A DNA stretch of 64,000 nt. Source: an uncultured Alistipes sp. (GTDB taxonomy: Bacteria; Bacteroidota; Bacteroidia; Bacteroidales; Rikenellaceae). The DNA lies in contig CALURC010000016.1 of NCBI GenBank assembly GCA_944323075.1, positions 711,446 to 775,445 of the forward strand. The letters are read 5' to 3'. Made by a program: the position numbers and the translations under genes. Under the pieces are notes generated by a model. The model was not told the DNA's origin. It ran no database searches and saw only the letters and a program-made list of their open reading frames with translations. Shown here one piece after another: positions 49,466 through 59,933 of this stretch; position 1 is the first letter of the stretch, and the number at the start of each line of letters is the position of its first letter.

Positions 49466-51775
49466 CTATCGAACTTCGATCACATATTCCTTTCCATTCT
49501 CCAGACCTTCGATCGTCACCCATGCCCAACGAGCATCGCCAACCTGTTCCGTCTGGATCTCCTTACCATTCACTTGTACTGTCTCTGTATCCATACTGAA
49601 CGGTCCTGCCCGGAACTTCAAACGATCCATATCCGCCCGGTCCTCAATACAAAATACAGCTGTCTGTTTTCTGTTTTTCGGATAGTTTACCCGATAAGAG
49701 ATCTTAGCATCACTTCCATTCACCGTCATACCAGACACATCGACCGTCCAATCTTTCGGCAGACGAGGCATTATCGTAATCTCATTATCACGGGCTTTCG
49801 ATGTTCCGGCTACCATCAAAATCGTTCTCACGGTCTCATTTTGCTGAACAAAATTTCCGAGATCACCCTGACGTCGATACATACCCTTTTCCCGACTATA
49901 CGAAGCACCCTCCGGCACAATAAAAGGTTTCGGCAATCGCGGGGCATAGCACAATTTGGCCAAATTAGTAATGAACTTATCGTAGTCCGCACATTTATCT
50001 AACAACAGAGCTGTCTGAGAAATGATGTTATGGTCATACCCCAGTCCCCGTACTCCCATATACGTATCACCAATATACCGATTCAAATCATCCTCATATG
50101 TATTTTGACTCAATTCGAACCATTTCTTCGGAACATCCCGTACGACATCGTATCCGACATAATCCGCATACATCGACAGTGTAGGATCATGGAAAAACCC
50201 GAATTTATCCATCCGCCACTTACCTCCTTTTATGAAATAGTTTTCGATCGATCGCTCCATCTCATCGGCCAAACGGGTCCACTCTGCTACTTCTTTCTTT
50301 TTCCCTGCCCGACGTGCCATCTCCGTATACATACGCACTCCGAGATAACACGGCATATTGTTAAACATCGTAAACTCCATCATTCCGCCTTCGGTCTCCC
50401 CATACATCAATCCATGTTCATTAAAAGAGAGTTCGGGGTTCTTCATCGCCCAATCGATATAATGGACTGCCTCATCAATATACTTCCAGTTATCAAGAAT
50501 CCACTGGGTAGAATATCCTCCATTCGCCCAAACATTGGCTATGCTCATCATGGTCAATCCATGCCCGTCGGGTTCGGCATTCCCGAAATTCTGATAATCC
50601 TCCCCGAAACGCTCTTTCGTATAACGAGTCGGCCATCCGGCTATAACCGTCAACTCTTTGGAGTAAATAAACGGTTTGTTGGGGATAACACTCCAATGGC
50701 CCGGAATACGATGTCCCAACAGGGTCAATCCATGTTCCGGATAGTACATCAAACACCGATTCAGAAAATCAACCGACCGCTGTGACTCTTTCAGCAAACC
50801 GATATACGATAAAATTCCCAACGGCCGATTTCTCGAATACATCGATCCATAATAGCTGCCCGCTTCGGGAACCCATGTTCCAAAACCATCATATCTCCAC
50901 GAGGGAGCTCCGGGTGACGACTCGTTAATCATTCCGTCATCCTGCATTTTCGTACGGATATCTTCGAGATTTTCGTAATATACCCGAGTCAGAATATCTG
51001 CATAATTATTTCCGGTAAAAGTGATCCGGGTCAATCCGAAATCTGATGGATAGCTCCATGATTCAATCCGTTTAAAATCCGACTCAAATGTATAAAGCCG
51101 TTCACACAGCTTATCTAAAGCAGCATAGGGTGTTCGATCACGACGGCTATCTACCGTATGCGTTTCAAAAAAAGTATCGTCAGATTTTACTGAGACAGGG
51201 CCTCCCGTAAGTTCATCCTCTTGAGTCGACCCGCCAACAACATAACCTCCCAAAAACTGAGGTTCACCCCGTTTATCGGGATTGTCTACCAGACGAATTT
51301 CACGGATCGGTTTCTGCTGAACTTTGACCCTCAACACAGGGTGCTCGTTCCCTTCGTATCCGCCACACAGGTGCAGCGTTTCACGCAAACACTCGGCCAT
51401 TTCCGGTTCTGCTTCAGACGTTTTGAACGGAGCTCCGCCATCCATCCAATGCGCCCTGAACCAAAGTGTATATCCAAAGACCAATGGCACGGCATCACAA
51501 CTACCATCCTCATAAACAATCTCGATCGTTCCTCCCTTATCCCCGACATACAAATTTTCCGACTCTACGATACTTCCCCAAGGAGGCGTTCCGGCATCGA
51601 TCGAATTGTATCCTCCAATGAAATAGATATATTCACCCGAAACACCCGCTCCGTCTGCACGGAATGGCATTTCAAACCAACGGCTGTCAGATGCTCCACA
51701 TGCTGTCGATATGCCCATAATTCCGGAAAGCAAAAGCAACGCTCCTCTTTTCCGGATCGATTCTCTCTTACTCAT
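49466..51775 (-). CDS. Exported 769-aa hypothetical protein, possibly a six-hairpin glycosidase-like enzyme
   Basis: Signal/lipobox-like ISTA-C; W/Y-rich; EPDGHG, LMYGETEGG, LPKDW C-terminal sandwich. Family not firmly recognised. Confidence 0.45.
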   Translation of the reverse strand: MSKRESIRKRGALLLLSGIMGISTACGASDSRWFEMPFRADGAGVSGEYIYFIGGYNSIDAGTPPWGSIVESENLYVGDKGGTIEIVYEDGSCDAVPLVFGYTLWFRAHWMDGGAPFKTSEAEPEMAECLRETLHLCGGYEGNEHPVLRVKVQQKPIREIRLVDNPDKRGEPQFLGGYVVGGSTQEDELTGGPVSVKSDDTFFETHTVDSRRDRTPYAALDKLCERLYTFESDFKRIESWSYPSDFGLTRITFTGNNYADILTRVYYENLEDIRTKMQDDGMINESSPGAPSWRYDGFGTWVPEAGSYYGSMYSRNRPLGILSYIGLLKESQRSVDFLNRCLMYYPEHGLTLLGHRIPGHWSVIPNKPFIYSKELTVIAGWPTRYTKERFGEDYQNFGNAEPDGHGLTMMSIANVWANGGYSTQWILDNWKYIDEAVHYIDWAMKNPELSFNEHGLMYGETEGGMMEFTMFNNMPCYLGVRMYTEMARRAGKKKEVAEWTRLADEMERSIENYFIKGGKWRMDKFGFFHDPTLSMYADYVGYDVVRDVPKKWFELSQNTYEDDLNRYIGDTYMGVRGLGYDHNIISQTALLLDKCADYDKFITNLAKLCYAPRLPKPFIVPEGASYSREKGMYRRQGDLGNFVQQNETVRTILMVAGTSKARDNEITIMPRLPKDWTVDVSGMTVNGSDAKISYRVNYPKNRKQTAVFCIEDRADMDRLKFRAGPFSMDTETVQVNGKEIQTEQVGDARWAWVTIEGLENGKEYVIEVR

Positions 51776-51945
51776 AAAATAAACCGATTATTCTATATGT
51801 CTGACAATATCGCCAGACAATATAAAATTACTCCGAAAAAACGAAGCCCACAATTCCACTGAACTATATTGTCAAGAAAAGGAACTAAATTATCAGAAAC
51901 CAGACATTTTTAGAACTAAAACACACAACCCATGAACTTTTCCCC

Positions 51946-53010
51946 TTATTCTTCGGTTCTGCCAGCGATATAGTTTCGCCAACGCGCAAGCACCGTTTTC
52001 ATATCATTGGGTTCATCGCTCTCGAAAAATACATACTTGCCGGTCGTCGGATGTATGAAGCCCAGACTGCGGGCATGTAGTGCATGACGAGGCATAATCC
52101 GGAAGCAGTTCTCGACAAACTGTTTGTATTTGGAAAAAGTCGTTCCTTTCAGAATACGATCGCCCCCATAACGTTCATCGTTAAACAACGGGTGACCGAT
52201 ATACTCCATATGGACCCGAATCTGATGGGTACGCCCGGTCTCCAATCGACATTCGATCAGATTGACATATCCCAACCGCTCGAGTACCCGATAGTGCGTT
52301 ACCGCATGTCGACCGCTCTCTCCGTCGGGAAATACAGCCATTTTCAACCGGTCCCTTGTACTGCGTCCTATATTGCCCGTGATCGTGCCCTCGTCCTGCT
52401 CCATGTTTCCCCACACCAACGCATGGTACACCCGATCGATCGTGTGATCGAAAAATTGTTTGGCCAGACGGGCATGCGCACGCTCGTTTTTTGCTACCAC
52501 CAATATACCTGAAGTATTTTTATCGATCCGATGGACCAGACCGGCCCGCATATCCCCCTCCTGAAACAGGGGTTCATCCTTCAAATGATAGGTCAAGGCA
52601 TTAACCAACGTACCCGAGTAGTTGCCGTGTCCGGGATGGACAACCATTCCAGCAGCCTTATTGACAATGATCAGATCGTCGTCCTCGTAACGAATATCCA
52701 ACGGAATGTTTTCCGGAATGATCTCGATCTCACGTACCGGATAGGGCATCACGATCGAAATCCGGTCCTGTGGTTTTACCTTGTAGCTCGATTTAACCGC
52801 CGTCCCATTCACCAAAATATTACCGGCATCGGCAGCTGTCTGGATCCGGTTTCGGGAAACCTGCTCCATTCGGTTGGTCAGGAACTTATCGATCCGCAAC
52901 GGACTCTGCCCCTTGTCGACCGTCACGCTGTAATGCTCATAGAGCTCCTCCTGCTGTTCGTCCTCGTCCAGCACGACATCCTCGTCTGTCCACACTTCGT
53001 TCTCCGTCAT
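51946..53010 (-). CDS. RluA/RluD-family 23S rRNA pseudouridine synthase
   Basis: S4 domain RIDKFL, NKAAGMVVHP, HRIDKNTSG, TGRTHQIRVH, ALHARSL. Start ATG 53010 (53040 possible). Confidence 0.93.
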   Translation of the reverse strand: MTENEVWTDEDVVLDEDEQQEELYEHYSVTVDKGQSPLRIDKFLTNRMEQVSRNRIQTAADAGNILVNGTAVKSSYKVKPQDRISIVMPYPVREIEIIPENIPLDIRYEDDDLIIVNKAAGMVVHPGHGNYSGTLVNALTYHLKDEPLFQEGDMRAGLVHRIDKNTSGILVVAKNERAHARLAKQFFDHTIDRVYHALVWGNMEQDEGTITGNIGRSTRDRLKMAVFPDGESGRHAVTHYRVLERLGYVNLIECRLETGRTHQIRVHMEYIGHPLFNDERYGGDRILKGTTFSKYKQFVENCFRIMPRHALHARSLGFIHPTTGKYVFFESDEPNDMKTVLARWRNYIAGRTEE

Positions 53011-53020
53011 CGATCTTTTC

Positions 53021-53929
53021 TCAGTCAACTCGTTTCTCATCGGCAGCTCGCTCTTCTGCTGCGGCAAGACTGTCGGCCATCGCTTTTGCTGCTGCCCGCA
53101 TACTCTTCTCCGACTGAGCAGCCCCCTGCTCAATTTTCTTGGAATCAAGTGTCAGGGCAAAATCAACCTTCGTACCGAGACGTCGCGGACTTCCAGCTCC
53201 GGGAGTCTGCATATAAACTCTTGCCTTATGTTCGTCTTTCGATGTGATTCCTTCGTCACGTGTTATTTTTCCCACGTTGAATCCGGCCTCCCACAATCGA
53301 CTTTTGGCCTCCCGCAGCGGGAATCCGACCAATTTCGGCACCTGCTGTACCGAAGCATCCTCGCTCACTCCAACCACAAGCGTCACACCCGATCCGATCT
53401 CCGCCTGAACTTTACTGCCCGAACGGATCGTCTTACCTCCGCAACGCTCCTCCAACACATAGTTGGTCGCCATATCCGGTTTGTAGATCAGCTCTTCAAT
53501 CTCCAGTCCGGCCATCTCGATGTTGTTCTTCGCCTGCCGCAGCGAGAATCCCGTAACATAAGGCACATCCACCATTTTCTGATGGAACGAATTGATCGTC
53601 ACAAAGATATGCCGTCCTGACTTGACGCGTGCTCCGGGGGCAGGAGACTGTTCAAGAATTACTCCACCCTCACAATCAGGAACATACAACGAATCATTAA
53701 CCTCAATCTTGAGCGAAGCCCCTTTACCTGCCTTTAAGGCCTGTTCAACAGTCAGTCCGCTGAAATCGGGCACCTCGCGAATCTGCCCGTGCCGGGTGAA
53801 AAGATTGAGCAGCAAATTAACCACGCACACGAAAACGATGATTCCGCATGCAGCCAACACCAAATTCTTATATATGACATTCCCGTTGATCTTTCGGGCC
53901 AGTTTTATTAAAAAATCCATAAATTCCAC
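53021..53929 (-). CDS. PASTA-domain membrane protein
   Basis: One TM then three PASTA repeats (VPDFSGL, VPYVTGFS, VPKLVGFP). Confidence 0.9.
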   Translation of the reverse strand: MEFMDFLIKLARKINGNVIYKNLVLAACGIIVFVCVVNLLLNLFTRHGQIREVPDFSGLTVEQALKAGKGASLKIEVNDSLYVPDCEGGVILEQSPAPGARVKSGRHIFVTINSFHQKMVDVPYVTGFSLRQAKNNIEMAGLEIEELIYKPDMATNYVLEERCGGKTIRSGSKVQAEIGSGVTLVVGVSEDASVQQVPKLVGFPLREAKSRLWEAGFNVGKITRDEGITSKDEHKARVYMQTPGAGSPRRLGTKVDFALTLDSKKIEQGAAQSEKSMRAAAKAMADSLAAAEERAADEKRVD

Positions 53930-53971
53930 ATTATTGGATCAACGCAGTCGATCAATTCGGGGATAAATATA

Positions 53972-55060
53972 CTATTTTTTCACCGGATGGTAAAACGTAT
54001 CCCGTTCAACGGGCTCATAACCGGCATCCCGAATCATCCGCTCCATTTCGGAGGCACTCATCGAAGGCTTCCGGTCTTCGGCTCCCGCCATCGAATAGAT
54101 CTTCGTCGAGTCGTCGATCGTTCCATCCATATCATCGGCTCCGAAAGCCAACGCCAGCTGCGCCGTTGTCTTCCCGAACATCGGCCAATAGGCCTTGATG
54201 TGAGGAAAATTATCCAGATAGATACGTGCCATGGCCATCATCCGCATATCCTCCACGACGCTTACTTCGCCCAACTCCGACATCGAGTTGTGCAGATTGC
54301 GGTACTTCAACGGAATAAAGGCATCGAAACCTCCCGTTTCATCCTGCAGACTCCGCAGCCGATCGAGATGGTCTATCCGATCCGCCCACTGCTCGATATG
54401 ACCGTACAGGATCGTCGCATTGCTCTTCAGTCCGATCCGATGAGCCTCGCGATGCACGGCCAACCACGTCTCGGCCGACCCCTTTTCAGGACAAATCTGC
54501 TTCCGGATCTTTTCGTCGAAAATCTCTGCACCGCCTCCGGGGATCGCCTGCATGCCGGCCTCCTTTAAAATCACAAGTCCATCATGATAGCTCAGTCCCG
54601 CCTTATCAATCATGTAAGCCAATTCGATTGCTGTAAATGCCTTCACCGCCACCGAAGGTATCCGCTCCCGGATCTTTCGGATCAGGTCGGCGTAATAATA
54701 TAGGTCCTTACGCGGATGCACCCCACCGACAATATGGATCTCGGTCGCCCCACTCCGACAATGTGCCTCAATCTGCTCCATAATCTCTTCGACCGAATAG
54801 TCCCATGCATCGGGAGCTCCGGCCGGCCGACGGTAGGAACAGAACCGACAATTAAACACACACAGATTCGTAGGCTCTACGTGAAAATTGCGGTTATAGA
54901 ATACACTTTTCCCGCTCTTACGCTCCTTGGCCGACGTAGCCAGTACAGACAGCAACGACAGCGGAGCCGAAGCCAGATATTGGGCTTCACTTCGTGAGAT
55001 ACGCTCCTGCCGAAGCACCTTTTCGGCCGGTTCTCGATACGCCCCAAACAGATCGATCAT
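53972..55060 (-). CDS. mqnE: Radical SAM aminodeoxyfutalosine synthase (CofH/MqnE family)
   Basis: CVFNCRFC, HIVGG, PGGGAEIF, SNATILYGH, HIKAYW, GADDMDGT. Confidence 0.75.
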   Translation of the reverse strand: MIDLFGAYREPAEKVLRQERISRSEAQYLASAPLSLLSVLATSAKERKSGKSVFYNRNFHVEPTNLCVFNCRFCSYRRPAGAPDAWDYSVEEIMEQIEAHCRSGATEIHIVGGVHPRKDLYYYADLIRKIRERIPSVAVKAFTAIELAYMIDKAGLSYHDGLVILKEAGMQAIPGGGAEIFDEKIRKQICPEKGSAETWLAVHREAHRIGLKSNATILYGHIEQWADRIDHLDRLRSLQDETGGFDAFIPLKYRNLHNSMSELGEVSVVEDMRMMAMARIYLDNFPHIKAYWPMFGKTTAQLALAFGADDMDGTIDDSTKIYSMAGAEDRKPSMSASEMERMIRDAGYEPVERDTFYHPVKK

Positions 55061-55092
55061 AGCAGATACTCCTCCTTTTCAATTATCAAATC

Positions 55093-55123
55093 AAAAAAGG
55101 CTGCCGTTATACCCCAGCAGCCT
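55093..55123 (-). terminator. Terminator after rpmH
   Basis: On the minus strand, AGGCTGC...GCAGCCT followed by TTTTT. Confidence 0.65.
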
Positions 55124-55146
55124 ATCGATCTCTATTCGTCAGAGAA

Positions 55147-55302
55147 TTATTTCCAACGGGTTTCGTCCGAAACCGTCAATCTTTTACGTCCTTTAGCACG
55201 ACGGGCAGCAAGCACTTTGCGGCCGTTAGCCGTAGACATTCTTTCACGGAAACCGTGTTTATTGATCTTCTTTCTCTGAGAGGGTTGAAAAGTCCTTTTC
55301 AT
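55147..55302 (-). CDS. rpmH: 50S ribosomal protein L34 (missing from the ORF track)
   Basis: Translates to [51 protein letters not shown]. Confidence 0.97.
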   Translation of the reverse strand: MKRTFQPSQRKKINKHGFRERMSTANGRKVLAARRAKGRKRLTVSDETRWK

Positions 55303-55372
55303 TGCATTCCTATATTTTTATTTTTGCTATCGAATCTTTGCCGCGCCGACATGTTCCACACGCAACGGAGTG

Positions 55373-55403
55373 CAAAGGTAAAACATTTTTGATTTTACAC
55401 AAA
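55373..55403 (-). promoter_or_regulatory. Promoter of rpmH
   Basis: Minus strand TTTG (55403-55400), 19-nt spacer, TACCTTTG (55380-55373). Confidence 0.75.
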
Positions 55404-55431
55404 ATCTTTTACGTAAAATTAATTCAATCTG

Positions 55432-56073
55432 TTACAAAACCACCTTTTGATTCCGCGGAAAATAGACGACCCGTTTGGTTTCAAAGAAGGAATCCTCGAA
55501 AAATGTGGCTATATCGAACACTTTGTATCGCTTGCCGGTCACCGAAAGTTCTGTCTGCAAATCCCCTCCCTTCAGGTAGAGAATCCCGTTAGGCATGGTT
55601 CCTGCTCCATCTCCACTGTCCAGTTTATTCCATACCCAAGCTATAAACGGTGTCATCTCCGTCACCGCCCGGCTGACCACATAATCGAAACGAGCGTCGA
55701 CCTGTTCCGCCCGACCATGTACCGTCTCGATCTGCGTGAGGCCCAAGGAACGGACGACCTCATCCACGACCCGAATCTTCTTGCCAATCGAATCGACCAG
55801 CGTGAACTGCACCTCGGGGAAAAGAATGGCCAACGGAATACCGGGAAACCCACCGCCACACCCTACATCCATCACCCGGGCTCCGGGACCAAATCTGCAC
55901 ACCTTGGCAATCGCCAACGAATGCAGCACATGATGCAGATAGAACTGGTCCATATCTTTCCGGGAAATAACGTTGATCCGGCTGTTCCACATCCGATACA
56001 ACGGCCCCAACGCCTCGAAACGTTCACGCTGAAGTGTGGTCAACTCCGGAAAATATTTCAGGATCGAGTCCAT
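55432..56073 (-). CDS. rsmG: 16S rRNA m7G527 methyltransferase
   Basis: WNSRINVISR, HVLHSL, DVGCGGGFPGIPLAI, DSIGKK, SRAV. Confidence 0.95.
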   Translation of the reverse strand: MDSILKYFPELTTLQRERFEALGPLYRMWNSRINVISRKDMDQFYLHHVLHSLAIAKVCRFGPGARVMDVGCGGGFPGIPLAILFPEVQFTLVDSIGKKIRVVDEVVRSLGLTQIETVHGRAEQVDARFDYVVSRAVTEMTPFIAWVWNKLDSGDGAGTMPNGILYLKGGDLQTELSVTGKRYKVFDIATFFEDSFFETKRVVYFPRNQKVVL

Positions 56074-56122
56074 AATTATCTATGCATAAGATTTAGATTC
56101 TCGACAACAGAAAAGCCGTTCG

Positions 56123-57112
56123 CTATTTATTGCGCGACAAGACAAACTCGGCAAACAAATGCAACGACCGCAGAATATCTGACTCGGGATAACCTTCCAG
56201 ATAGGTCAATGCCTTATCCTTATATTCGGTCATGCATTTACGGGCATACTCAATTCCCCCACCCTCGATGGCGGCACGACAGAGATAATCCACATTTTCG
56301 GGAGCCTGTCGCACATTACTCAGTTTTGCAATCAGTTTTTCCCGCTCCCGCACCGAACTATGATCCAATACATAGAGCAATGGAAGGGTAATCTTCCGCT
56401 CTCGCATATCGCCACCCGACGGTTTACCGGTCTCGGACATGGGCGAATAGTCCAAAATATCGTCCTTAATCTGAAAAGCGATTCCCAGATGATCTCCAAA
56501 TTGCCGAAGTCTATCGACATGTTCCGGATCGGCACCGACCGAAATCGCACCGGTCGCCGCACACGCTCCTAACAATGCTGCGGTCTTTTTATAGATGATA
56601 TCGTAATAGATCGCTTCGGTCATCTCCAACTTTTCGCTCTGCTCGGTCTGGATCAACTCTCCTTCGCTCACTTCGTGAATCGAACGGGTCACCTCCGTCA
56701 ACATATCCCACCCCTGACGTTGTAAACAGGTATGGTAGGAACGGGCAAAAATAAAGTCACCGATCAGTACGGCAGTGCGGGAACGCCACAAAGCATTAAC
56801 CGACGGCGCATTCCGCCGCACATAGGCCTCATCCACCACATCGTCATGAATCAACGACGCAGTATGAATCATCTCAACCAGCGATGCCCCTACATAACTC
56901 CTTTCACTGATCGGACCAAAAAGTCCGGCAGACAACAGAACCAGCAATGGGCGCAACTGCTTACCCCGATGGCTCAGAATATAGTCGGTTATGGAGGATA
57001 CATATCGATTCGGACTTTGGAGTATGGATGCAATATAGGCCTCATAGCTACGCACATAGGCAGCAATGGGGTATTGAATCTCTTCGAGAGTAATTTTGCC
57101 TGAATCTTCCAT
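56123..57112 (-). CDS. Long-chain polyprenyl diphosphate synthase (IspB-like)
   Basis: GKQLRP, HDDVVD, GDFIF, KKTA, FQIKDDILD. Confidence 0.92.
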   Translation of the reverse strand: MEDSGKITLEEIQYPIAAYVRSYEAYIASILQSPNRYVSSITDYILSHRGKQLRPLLVLLSAGLFGPISERSYVGASLVEMIHTASLIHDDVVDEAYVRRNAPSVNALWRSRTAVLIGDFIFARSYHTCLQRQGWDMLTEVTRSIHEVSEGELIQTEQSEKLEMTEAIYYDIIYKKTAALLGACAATGAISVGADPEHVDRLRQFGDHLGIAFQIKDDILDYSPMSETGKPSGGDMRERKITLPLLYVLDHSSVREREKLIAKLSNVRQAPENVDYLCRAAIEGGGIEYARKCMTEYKDKALTYLEGYPESDILRSLHLFAEFVLSRNK

Positions 57113-57316
57113 TAAGACACAAATATCTGAGAAATTTTTGAATCCTCAAAATTTACATTTCGTTTTCACCCCCATTTTTCAACAAACACCCCACAACAGA
57201 CCGCTCTTGCACAGGTTAATTATGATTAATTGTTGATAAATGGTCGACAAAAACAATCGACAAAAACGAAAATTCATGTTACTTTTGTGGAGCACGCCAT
57301 TGTGCTTGAACCAGGA

Positions 57317-58054
57317 ATGATCATTATGGCTACAATACTATATTATATACTCTTATCGATATTTACGATAGTGAGTTTTATACCCTTCTCATTGCTGTTT
57401 TTCGCAACCGTAGCGTTCGACAAAGAGCGAGTCATATTACATGCAGCTTCCCGTTTTTGGTCTTACGGAATTTTCAGGATTTGCCCTTTTTGGCACATTC
57501 GTATCGAAGGTAAAGAAAAGATAGACCGTAAAAAACCCTTCATCATCATCACTAACCACCAGTCAATGCTCGACATTCCACTAATGTACGTCCTTCCGAC
57601 AACCTTCAAATGGGTCTCAAAAAAAGAGGTACAAAAGATGCCGATTTTCGGCTGGGTTTTGCGCATGCACGGCGATATCGCCATCGAAAGAGGTTCTCGC
57701 GACAGTGCAAAACAGATGATCGAGAAGTGCAGCGAACGGATTGCACGCGGCACATCGGTCATCATCTTTCCCGAAGGGACTCGCACCAAAACAGGAGAAA
57801 TCGGCCGATTCAAAGATGGAGCCTTTTTTGCAGCTCAGCATGCAGGTACGGGAATACAACCCGTCGTGATCGACGGTACATGGAGCCTGATCAACGGATG
57901 GAAACTGCGTATGCCACACACGTTCCGGGTCCGGATTCTCGACCCGCTCTCTTCGGAGTATGTGGCCTCGAAACAAGCAAGAGAACTTGCAACAGAGATG
58001 GAGACACTGATGCGGAGCGAACTCGCTGCCATGCGGAACGAAACGAAAAAATAA
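57317..58054 (+). CDS. Lysophospholipid acyltransferase (PlsC family)
   Basis: NHQSMLD, FPEGTR. Start ATG 57317 or 57326. Confidence 0.9.
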   Translation: MIIMATILYYILLSIFTIVSFIPFSLLFFATVAFDKERVILHAASRFWSYGIFRICPFWHIRIEGKEKIDRKKPFIIITNHQSMLDIPLMYVLPTTFKWVSKKEVQKMPIFGWVLRMHGDIAIERGSRDSAKQMIEKCSERIARGTSVIIFPEGTRTKTGEIGRFKDGAFFAAQHAGTGIQPVVIDGTWSLINGWKLRMPHTFRVRILDPLSSEYVASKQARELATEMETLMRSELAAMRNETKK

Positions 58055-58065
58055 ACTAAAAATAT

Positions 58066-59913
58066 ATGGTCGCAGATTACGGAGACGAACACATTCAAAC
58101 ACTGGACTGGAAAGAGCATATCAGGCGCCGACCGGGTATGTATATCGGGAAATTGGGTGACGGTACTTCTGCCGACGACGGAATTTACATTCTGATCAAG
58201 GAGGTGCTGGACAACTCAGTCGATGAATACATGATGGGGTTCGGCAAAAACATCGACATTACCATTGATGAAGACAAAACAGTTACCGTCAGGGATTACG
58301 GACGGGGCGTTCCGTTGGGTAAACTGGCCGACGTTGCCTCGAAAATGAATACGGGAGCCAAGTACGATTCAAAGGCCTTCAAAAAATCGGTCGGGCTGAA
58401 CGGCGTCGGTATCAAAGCCGTCAATGCCTTGTCGGACAGCTTTCTGATTCGCAGTGTACGAGACGGGGAGGCCCGCAGTGTTCGCTTCGAGCGGGGCGAA
58501 GAGATCGACGAGAGCTCCGAGAGCGGCATTTCCGAGAAAAATGGAACTTTAGTAAGATTTCATGCAGACGAAACTATTTTCGGGCCTTACAACTACCATA
58601 TGGAGTATGTGGAAGCCATGATCCGAAACTACACCTACCTGAATGCAGGATTGGTCATACGGATCAACGGACAGGCTTTCGTCTCGAAAAACGGTTTGCT
58701 CGACCTGCTGCAAGAGAATTTGAACGAAGATCCGTTATACCCTCCGATCCACTTGAAGGGGGAAGACATTGAAGCCGTTGTTACACACGGACACGGATAC
58801 GGCGAAACTTACTTTTCATTCGTCAACGGTCAACATACGACACAAGGCGGAACACATCAGGCCGCTTTTCGCGAAGGGATTGCCAAAACGCTGAAAGAGT
58901 TTTACAAAAAAGACTATGATCCGGCCGATGTACGCACATCGGTGATCGCTGCCATCAGTATCAAGGTGGAAGAGCCGTTATTCGAATCGCAGACCAAAAC
59001 GAAGCTTGGATCAAAGGAGATGGGTCCTGAAGGTCCTACCGTCCGGAACTTCATACTCGATTTTTTGAAGACGGAATTGGATAACTACCTCCACAAACAT
59101 CCTGAAACGGCCGATATACTTCAAAAGAAGATACAGGAGAACGAAAAGGAGCGGAAAGCCATATCGGGCATTCAAAAAAAGGCGCGCGAAATGGCAAAAA
59201 AAGTGAGCCTGAACAATAAAAAGTTACGCGACTGCCGCATTCACTTGACCGACAAAAACGATCGTGCCGAGGAGTCGATGATCTTCATCACGGAGGGAAA
59301 CTCGGCCAGCGGATCGATTACCAAGTCGAGGGATGTCAACACGCAGGCGGTCTTCAGCCTACGGGGTAAACCGCTTAACAGCTACGGACTGACCAAAAAG
59401 ATCGTCTATGAAAACGAGGAGTTCAACCTGCTGCAGGCGGCCCTCAACATCGAGGAGGACATGGATAACCTCCGCTACAACAAGATCATCATTGCAACCG
59501 ATGCCGATGTGGACGGGATGCACATCCGTCTGCTAATGATGACCTTTTTTCTCCAATTTTTCCCGGAAGTTATCCGGTCGGGGCACCTATACATCCTACA
59601 AACTCCCCTGTTTCGTGTCCGCAACAAAAAAGAGACCCGCTACTGCTACAGCGATGAGGAGCGGCAAAAGGCCATCGAAAAATTGGGTCCCAACCCGGAG
59701 ATCACCCGATTCAAAGGTCTCGGAGAGATCTCGGCCGACGAATTCAAGGAGTTTATCGGAGAGAATATGCGACTGGACAAAGTCCGCTTGACCAAAGAGG
59801 ATCCCATATCCGACCTGCTGGAGTTCTACATGGGCAAGAACAGCAGCGAACGGCAGGGATTCATCATCGGCAACCTGCGGGTCGAGGCCGATTATGTAGA
59901 AGATTTAATATAG
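58066..59913 (+). CDS. parE: DNA topoisomerase IV subunit B
   Basis: [49 protein letters not shown]; short Bacteroidota type. Confidence 0.93.
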   Translation: MVADYGDEHIQTLDWKEHIRRRPGMYIGKLGDGTSADDGIYILIKEVLDNSVDEYMMGFGKNIDITIDEDKTVTVRDYGRGVPLGKLADVASKMNTGAKYDSKAFKKSVGLNGVGIKAVNALSDSFLIRSVRDGEARSVRFERGEEIDESSESGISEKNGTLVRFHADETIFGPYNYHMEYVEAMIRNYTYLNAGLVIRINGQAFVSKNGLLDLLQENLNEDPLYPPIHLKGEDIEAVVTHGHGYGETYFSFVNGQHTTQGGTHQAAFREGIAKTLKEFYKKDYDPADVRTSVIAAISIKVEEPLFESQTKTKLGSKEMGPEGPTVRNFILDFLKTELDNYLHKHPETADILQKKIQENEKERKAISGIQKKAREMAKKVSLNNKKLRDCRIHLTDKNDRAEESMIFITEGNSASGSITKSRDVNTQAVFSLRGKPLNSYGLTKKIVYENEEFNLLQAALNIEEDMDNLRYNKIIIATDADVDGMHIRLLMMTFFLQFFPEVIRSGHLYILQTPLFRVRNKKETRYCYSDEERQKAIEKLGPNPEITRFKGLGEISADEFKEFIGENMRLDKVRLTKEDPISDLLEFYMGKNSSERQGFIIGNLRVEADYVEDLI

Positions 59914-59933
59914 GAAAGTAACAACCATCTATA

